Origin: an uncultured virus (IMG/VR IMGVR_UViG_3300025848_000037)
Taxonomy: Duplodnaviria; Heunggongvirae; Uroviricota; Caudoviricetes
Virus record (IMG/VR): IMGVR_UViG_3300025848_000037
Direction: 5' to 3' (one strand)
DNA: 20,000 bases
A program made the position numbers and the translations under genes. The notes beneath the pieces are model-generated. The model saw nothing but the letters and a program-made list of their open reading frames with translations, was not told where the DNA came from and ran no database searches. How positions within the stretch are numbered: the first letter of the stretch is position 1; every line of letters starts with the position of its first letter. Below are positions 15,617 to 20,000 of this stretch, in pieces.

Positions 15617-15938
15617 TGCTCCCCCTTGCGCGGATGGCGGCGGCTACGCGGTCTTTAGCTTGCATAGTGATGTCGTCCTGCTCGCCAGATACAGGCGTCT
15701 CAGCAATAACTGCACACGCCTCGCGCTCGGCCTCCACCGCCCGCCGAGTCTGCACACAGGCAAACCGCTGGCAATCAGCATGGCATGAGTGAATCTCGGT
15801 GGAGAGCAGGTAATCGCGGTGAAGTTCAACAAAACGACCAGCCTTTTCCATTGTTGGATGCCAACCCAGAACCCCGGGCGATTCCTCTTTCAACATTTCT
15901 GCTTTCTCTAACAAGTCAATCAATTGTCCCGGGGTCAT
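15606..15938 (-). CDS. Hypothetical protein with AEREACA...AAAIRARG module, 110 aa
   Basis: AAGGAG RBS; HSCH-CQR-AC motif; ATGA overlap. Confidence 0.75.
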   Translation of the reverse strand: MTPGQLIDLLEKAEMLKEESPGVLGWHPTMEKAGRFVELHRDYLLSTEIHSCHADCQRFACVQTRRAVEAEREACAVIAETPVSGEQDDITMQAKDRVAAAIRARGSNAS

Positions 15939-16096
15939 TCCATCTCCTTTATTTTTTCTGCCAGCACCCTGATGTACTCGCGTGCTTGTTCGACAGGAAC
16001 TTCGGCGTGGTAGAAAATTAGCGCCGCTTCCACAAGTTTCGGGCTTTGTGGGGTGCTGGCGAACACCGCCCACAGATACTCTCGTTTTGCGCTCAT
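15935..16096 (-). CDS. Hypothetical protein, 53 aa
   Basis: GGAGG RBS; ATGA overlaps. Confidence 0.65.
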   Translation of the reverse strand: MSAKREYLWAVFASTPQSPKLVEAALIFYHAEVPVEQAREYIRVLAEKIKEME

Positions 16097-16323
16097 TTCA
16101 AACCTCCATACATTGACCACTCTCTGGCCTTCTCCACCATGAACAGCCCCTCGGCCCGGGTCATTTTGGATGAGCGCACAAACAGTTCGCCTTCCCAGTC
16201 GAAAGCAATGATCATCACATCGGTCAGGCCACCATCCTCACACATATCCAGCGCGGACTTGAGCGCCTGCTCTGGGGTGTAGTTCACGCTTGCGGGTAGG
16301 CTGATTACTTTTTCGTTGTTCAT
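16093..16323 (-). CDS. Hypothetical protein, 76 aa
   Basis: TPEQAL...DVMIIAFD...GELFVRSSKMTR; TGATG overlap. Confidence 0.7.
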   Translation of the reverse strand: MNNEKVISLPASVNYTPEQALKSALDMCEDGGLTDVMIIAFDWEGELFVRSSKMTRAEGLFMVEKAREWSMYGGLK

Positions 16324-16460
16324 CAGTACCCCCACCGGATTCGAAAGCACACCAGATAGAGGTGCAGGACAAACTCATTGCCGCCGCTGAAAAACCCCAC
16401 GGCAAAGCACGGCCATAGGCGCGGGAAAAACTCGGTGGTCAAATGCAAACTTTTTCTCAT
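16323..16460 (-). CDS. Small aromatic/hydrophobic ORF, 45 aa
   Basis: Manual translation MRKSLHLTTEFFPRLWPCFAVGFFSGGNEFVLHLYLVCFRIRWGY; AAGGAG RBS. Confidence 0.6.
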   Translation of the reverse strand: MRKSLHLTTEFFPRLWPCFAVGFFSGGNEFVLHLYLVCFRIRWGY

Positions 16461-16795
16461 GATTTCTCCTTTGCTGCGGCGATGGCGGCGATTCGCTTCG
16501 CCTCTGCTTGTGCGCCAAGCATGGAGCCACTTGCCGGAATTAACTCCAGCGCCTCCAGCAGTTGCTCGTTTACACGCTCCAACTCGGCCAGCTTCTTGTC
16601 TAGCTCGGTGTTCTGGTCGCGCAAGCTCTCGTTGAGTTCGTGCAGGCGGCGCAGTTCGGCGGCGGCTTTGTGTTTGAAGTCCATTGGGCCATTGCTGGCA
16701 CCGTCCAGTTCATCAGCCAGATGCTTTACGTTTTCACGCTCGCAGCCGCTACGTTTGCAAAACCCCCCGCACGATGAGCATTGACGTTCAGTCAT
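16457..16795 (-). CDS. Hypothetical protein, Cys-rich N-terminus plus coiled coil, 112 aa
   Basis: CSSCGGFCKRSGC, AAAELRRLH, LLEALE; ATGA overlap. Confidence 0.7.
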   Translation of the reverse strand: MTERQCSSCGGFCKRSGCERENVKHLADELDGASNGPMDFKHKAAAELRRLHELNESLRDQNTELDKKLAELERVNEQLLEALELIPASGSMLGAQAEAKRIAAIAAAKEKS

Positions 16796-17292
16796 TCCCC
16801 ACCCCCGATCCCGTGCTTGCGCTCGATGGCGCGGCAAAGCTCTCGCACATAAACACCGAGCGGCTTGCCCTTCTCTCTAGTGCGGCAGTAAACGCGGTTT
16901 TCGATCTTGTCGAACTCTTCCTCCGTCAGCGGCTGGCGCTGGGGCGGGGTTGACAGAAGCTCCTCATTGCCTTCGCTGTCAATGCTCCATGACGCGCCGC
17001 AAACGCACAGCAGTTCGTGAGGCTGGCGCTGGGGCGGGGCGGTGTAGAGCATCGTGCCGATTGGAATTGCATCAACATCTTCTTGCTGGTAATCGATGGC
17101 GTGTTTCTCGTCAGACAAGCTTCCTTCGCAAACCCACGCCACCGGCTCCTGCTTTTCGGCCTGCTCAATGGCGGTGCGGAGAGCGGCGATGGCGTTTTGT
17201 CGTACTGGCAAAGTTGATTTGTGGGTAAAACCCCACTCGTCAGCAAAAAACTCCAGCGCCTCGAGCGCCTGCTTCATTGCGTCGATGCTCAT
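16792..17292 (-). CDS. Modular hypothetical protein (MKQALEALE...QEPVAW...LYTAPPQRQP...RAIE), 166 aa
   Basis: GGAGG RBS; internal 19-bp direct repeat. Confidence 0.75.
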   Translation of the reverse strand: MSIDAMKQALEALEFFADEWGFTHKSTLPVRQNAIAALRTAIEQAEKQEPVAWVCEGSLSDEKHAIDYQQEDVDAIPIGTMLYTAPPQRQPHELLCVCGASWSIDSEGNEELLSTPPQRQPLTEEEFDKIENRVYCRTREKGKPLGVYVRELCRAIERKHGIGGGE

Positions 17293-17405
17293 TTCCATTC
17301 CTCCTCGTCCTTCTTGAGCATGGAGTCAAAGTACTCGTGGGCTAGGTGTACCAACAGTCCACCAACAGCGAATCCAATGATGAGCCCAAGAAAGAAGTCG
17401 ATCAT
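17289..17405 (-). CDS. Small single-TM protein, 38 aa
   Basis: Manual translation MIDFFLGLIIGFAVGGLLVHLAHEYFDSMLKKDEEEWK; ATGA overlaps. Confidence 0.6.
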   Translation of the reverse strand: MIDFFLGLIIGFAVGGLLVHLAHEYFDSMLKKDEEEWK

Positions 17406-17575
17406 TTCTTCTCCCCTTTATTGAACGTGCCTGCAAACTTGTTTGCCAGCGCCCACACGTCGAGCAAGCGGATTACCAGAATCTCCCGGCCATCAGAATC
17501 CTGATAGAGGGTTTCGTACAAACACTCTTGCTCCAGCCAAACGCAGAACTCGGGGTAGCTCATCTTTTCGCTCAT
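17402..17575 (-). CDS. Hypothetical protein, 57 aa
   Basis: Manual translation MSEKMSYPEFCVWLEQECLYETLYQDSDGREILVIRLLDVW...; ATGA overlaps. Confidence 0.6.
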   Translation of the reverse strand: MSEKMSYPEFCVWLEQECLYETLYQDSDGREILVIRLLDVWALANKFAGTFNKGEKK

Positions 17576-17790
17576 TCTTGGCCCCCGTGTTCGTGCCTGA
17601 ACTTGCTGTTCAGCTCCAGCATCTGCACCGCCCGGCGCAGCGCTGCAGTCACGTTCTCGATGGATTCGTTCGTGACCTCCTGCTTCATCGTGACCTCCGC
17701 GCAGAACGAATCAAACGCTTCAATCGTAAACACGACCGTTTCTTTTTCCTCGTCGTACGCCTCGATCTTTACTGGATACACCTTAATCAT
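17572..17790 (-). CDS. Hypothetical protein, 72 aa
   Basis: AGGAG RBS. Confidence 0.7.
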   Translation of the reverse strand: MIKVYPVKIEAYDEEKETVVFTIEAFDSFCAEVTMKQEVTNESIENVTAALRRAVQMLELNSKFRHEHGGQE

Positions 17791-17814
17791 TTCTAAACTC
17801 CTGGTTGATTAACT

Positions 17815-19293
17815 TCATGCCGCCGCCCTGGATTTGGATTTCGCCCACGCAATGTTGCGTGACTGAATCCACCTAAATGTTTTTGTGCTGGTGGGAATGG
17901 TTGTTTGCTCCACCCCACGCGGGAACACGCCGTACATTTCCTTGTACTTGTGAGCAACCCATCCATCCTTGTAGCCGCGCATACGCGAGTAATAGAGCAG
18001 CTCCGAATAAAACTTCTGACGATCCTGCAGCGGATTGTTGGACTTGCCATCGAGCTCGTGCAGCTCTCCCGCCACGCTGGCCACGTTCTTCACCGGGCGC
18101 TGATACCCGCAAGAGAGGCAGACGTTGTCTTTGCCAATCCACAGCGCCGCGCACACTGGGCACTTGGATTCCTTCTTCTCCTTCTCCGTGGGCTCTTTCT
18201 TAGCCTTCTCGCCGTCTTTGGCTAACTCAGTGACGCCGTTATCGAAGAGATCGTCCCAGTCCCCGCGGAACCGCAGGTAGTTGCCCGAGTGGTCGAGCCA
18301 CACGCCGAACTGCTTGCCCTCGAAGGGGCGCATGATGCGACCCATCTGCTGGACGTGAGAGCTGAAGGATTTCGAGAACGGCCTGGCAGACACGCCAATC
18401 ATCACGTCAGGCACGTCAAACCCGCGGGTCAGGATATCGGTGGCGATGAGCCCATGGATTGAGCTGTCAGGCTTGGCAAACTCCTCGATGGTCTCGCGCT
18501 TGAACTCGTCGTCCTCTTTGTAGGAGATCGAGACAAAGTTATAGCCCTGCTCTTTGAACTGGCGCTCCAGGTCTTTGCCGTGCGCTACGCCTGCACAGAA
18601 CACAACCGTCTTCTTGGGCCTGCCAAAGATTCTGTTAGTCTGCTTGATCCACTCGGCGACGATGTCCCCGGTGATCTTCATGCTGCGCTCGCTGACCACG
18701 TCCTGGGACCATTCGCCGGCCACCTTCTTGGCCCCGGTCATGTTGATCTCTTTGGCGATGAACACCCGCAGCGGGGTCAGCCAGCCATCCTTGATCAGCT
18801 CACCCGTGGGCTTGGCCCCGACCACATGGGTGTAGACATCCCCCAGGCCTTTGGTGAACGGCGTGGCGGTCAGGCCGATCACTTTGATTGTGGGGTTGTC
18901 CTTGATCCACTTGGTGGTGCTGGCACGCTGGACGTGGCACTCGTCGATCATCAGCAGATCGATGTCCATGTCGTTCTGCCGGCGCTCCAGGGTCTGTGCG
19001 CTGCAGACCTGGATGTTCTCGTACGGGCGATAACGCCAGTGCCCAGACATCATCACCCCGTGCGGGATGTCGTACTTCGATAGCCGCAGGCTTGTCTGGT
19101 CCACCAGCACGATGCGATCCAGCACCATGGCGGCCTTCTTGTAGCCCTTGGCCACCTCGGCCATGATCGACATGGCCACCTCGGTCTTACCAAACCCCGT
19201 CGGGGCATATAACAGCTGGCAGCGATGTCCACTCTTGAATCCATCGCGCAGCTTCTCGACCACCTCTTGCTGGTGGGGTCTCAACGAGAGCAT
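17815..19293 (-). CDS. Superfamily 2 DExH-box helicase with C-terminal Zn ribbon
   Basis: LRPHQ Q-motif, APTGFGKT Walker A, DECH, GLTATP, TRGFDVP, QQMGRIMR, CPVC...CLSC. Confidence 0.92.
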   Translation of the reverse strand: MLSLRPHQQEVVEKLRDGFKSGHRCQLLYAPTGFGKTEVAMSIMAEVAKGYKKAAMVLDRIVLVDQTSLRLSKYDIPHGVMMSGHWRYRPYENIQVCSAQTLERRQNDMDIDLLMIDECHVQRASTTKWIKDNPTIKVIGLTATPFTKGLGDVYTHVVGAKPTGELIKDGWLTPLRVFIAKEINMTGAKKVAGEWSQDVVSERSMKITGDIVAEWIKQTNRIFGRPKKTVVFCAGVAHGKDLERQFKEQGYNFVSISYKEDDEFKRETIEEFAKPDSSIHGLIATDILTRGFDVPDVMIGVSARPFSKSFSSHVQQMGRIMRPFEGKQFGVWLDHSGNYLRFRGDWDDLFDNGVTELAKDGEKAKKEPTEKEKKESKCPVCAALWIGKDNVCLSCGYQRPVKNVASVAGELHELDGKSNNPLQDRQKFYSELLYYSRMRGYKDGWVAHKYKEMYGVFPRGVEQTTIPTSTKTFRWIQSRNIAWAKSKSRAAA

Positions 19294-19328
19294 GAAGTCC
19301 TCCTACCGGGAAAGCGCCCGGCTTCGCA

Positions 19329-20000
19329 TCAAACAGTGGCTGCTTTTTCAGCCTTCTCAGCACGCTTCTTCCAGTAGTTCACCTGCTTCACGGCCTCGGC
19401 AAACTTGTTCTGGAAGTCGTTTCGGGAGATGGTCACGGACTTGAGCTGCAGCTCCAAGTCTTTCACCTCAGCACGCAATTCATCGATGGTGGATGCCACC
19501 TGAGCTTTGGCAGCATCATCAATGTCCATGTCCACGATGGCCAGCTGATCCTTGAGCTTGGCGTTTTCCTCAGCAATGGCCTTCATCTCCGTGGCCAGCT
19601 CTGCCATCCGATCCTCTTCGGTAACCTCCTCGGGCTGCTCAGGCTCGGGCGCTTTGGTGCTGGGCTTGGCAGGCGGGGGCGGCGGGAGCTTCTGCTTCTT
19701 GTTGAGTTCCATGGCCTTGCGGATGCGGCCCACGGTCATGTGGGACACCTTGCAAATCTTGGCGATGTCCCGGTCGGAGCTGTCCGCGTACTCGATGTCT
19801 TCGAGGAGGGAGGTCACCACCAGGCGCTTCTCCTCGTTGGTGCGGGGCAGGCCGTGCTCCGAGTTGGCACCGCGGGAATAGATGAACGCATCGCGCTTGG
19901 TGCCCGTGTGGACTTCGCACTCGATAGAGCGAATGGCGGCCCGCTTGTGGGCATGGTAGCGGTGGAACCCATCAGCCAGCCAAAGATCCTTGCCGTCGTT
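19329..20000 (-). CDS. ParB/Srx-like N-terminal domain protein with HTH and coiled coil (5' truncated)
   Basis: The frame extends upstream of the listed ORF to the window edge: DGKDLWLADGFHRYHAH...GANSEHGLPRTNEEKR...SDRDIAKICKVSHMTVGRIR. Confidence 0.8.
   Translation of the reverse strand, partial: NDGKDLWLADGFHRYHAHKRAAIRSIECEVHTGTKRDAFIYSRGANSEHGLPRTNEEKRLVVTSLLEDIEYADSSDRDIAKICKVSHMTVGRIRKAMELNKKQKLPPPPPAKPSTKAPEPEQPEEVTEEDRMAELATEMKAIAEENAKLKDQLAIVDMDIDDAAKAQVASTIDELRAEVKDLELQLKSVTISRNDFQNKFAEAVKQVNYWKKRAEKAEKAATV

Noticed and set aside
1..20000. tRNA, rRNA, integrase, IS element, intron or intein
   Set aside because: No cloverleaf or TTCGAA-arm context, recombinase or transposase motifs seen; TerL and helicase are normal length with no insertions.

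Overview
This is a 20 kb piece of a tailed dsDNA phage or prophage. The gene style suggests a proteobacterial, probably betaproteobacterial, host (inference). It has three blocks. (1) A minus-strand head and packaging operon, 8783 to 1: probable TerS, a conserved hypothetical, a stand-alone LexA-type DNA-binding domain, TerL, a P22-like portal, a GroES-like co-chaperonin, a scaffold, two virion-associated proteins and a Mu GpT-like major capsid running off the left end. (2) A divergently transcribed plus-strand cassette of about 15 small early-type genes (8988-12504) behind a near-consensus sigma70 promoter, including a Gp88/radical-SAM-like Cys-rich protein. (3) A minus-strand replication/accessory block, 20000 to 12484: a ParB-like protein, an SF2 helicase, about 18 tightly coupled small ORFs and a TOPRIM primase. 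The most notable non-coding signals are three covarying, two-state hairpin elements fused to RBSs in the plus-strand cassette; a thrice-repeated 15-bp palindrome (GTGGAACTTGTTCCA), one copy between divergent promoters; and a sharp G/C-skew inversion with G-quadruplex-like tracts at the terS 3' end. All family assignments come from motif recognition, not database searches.
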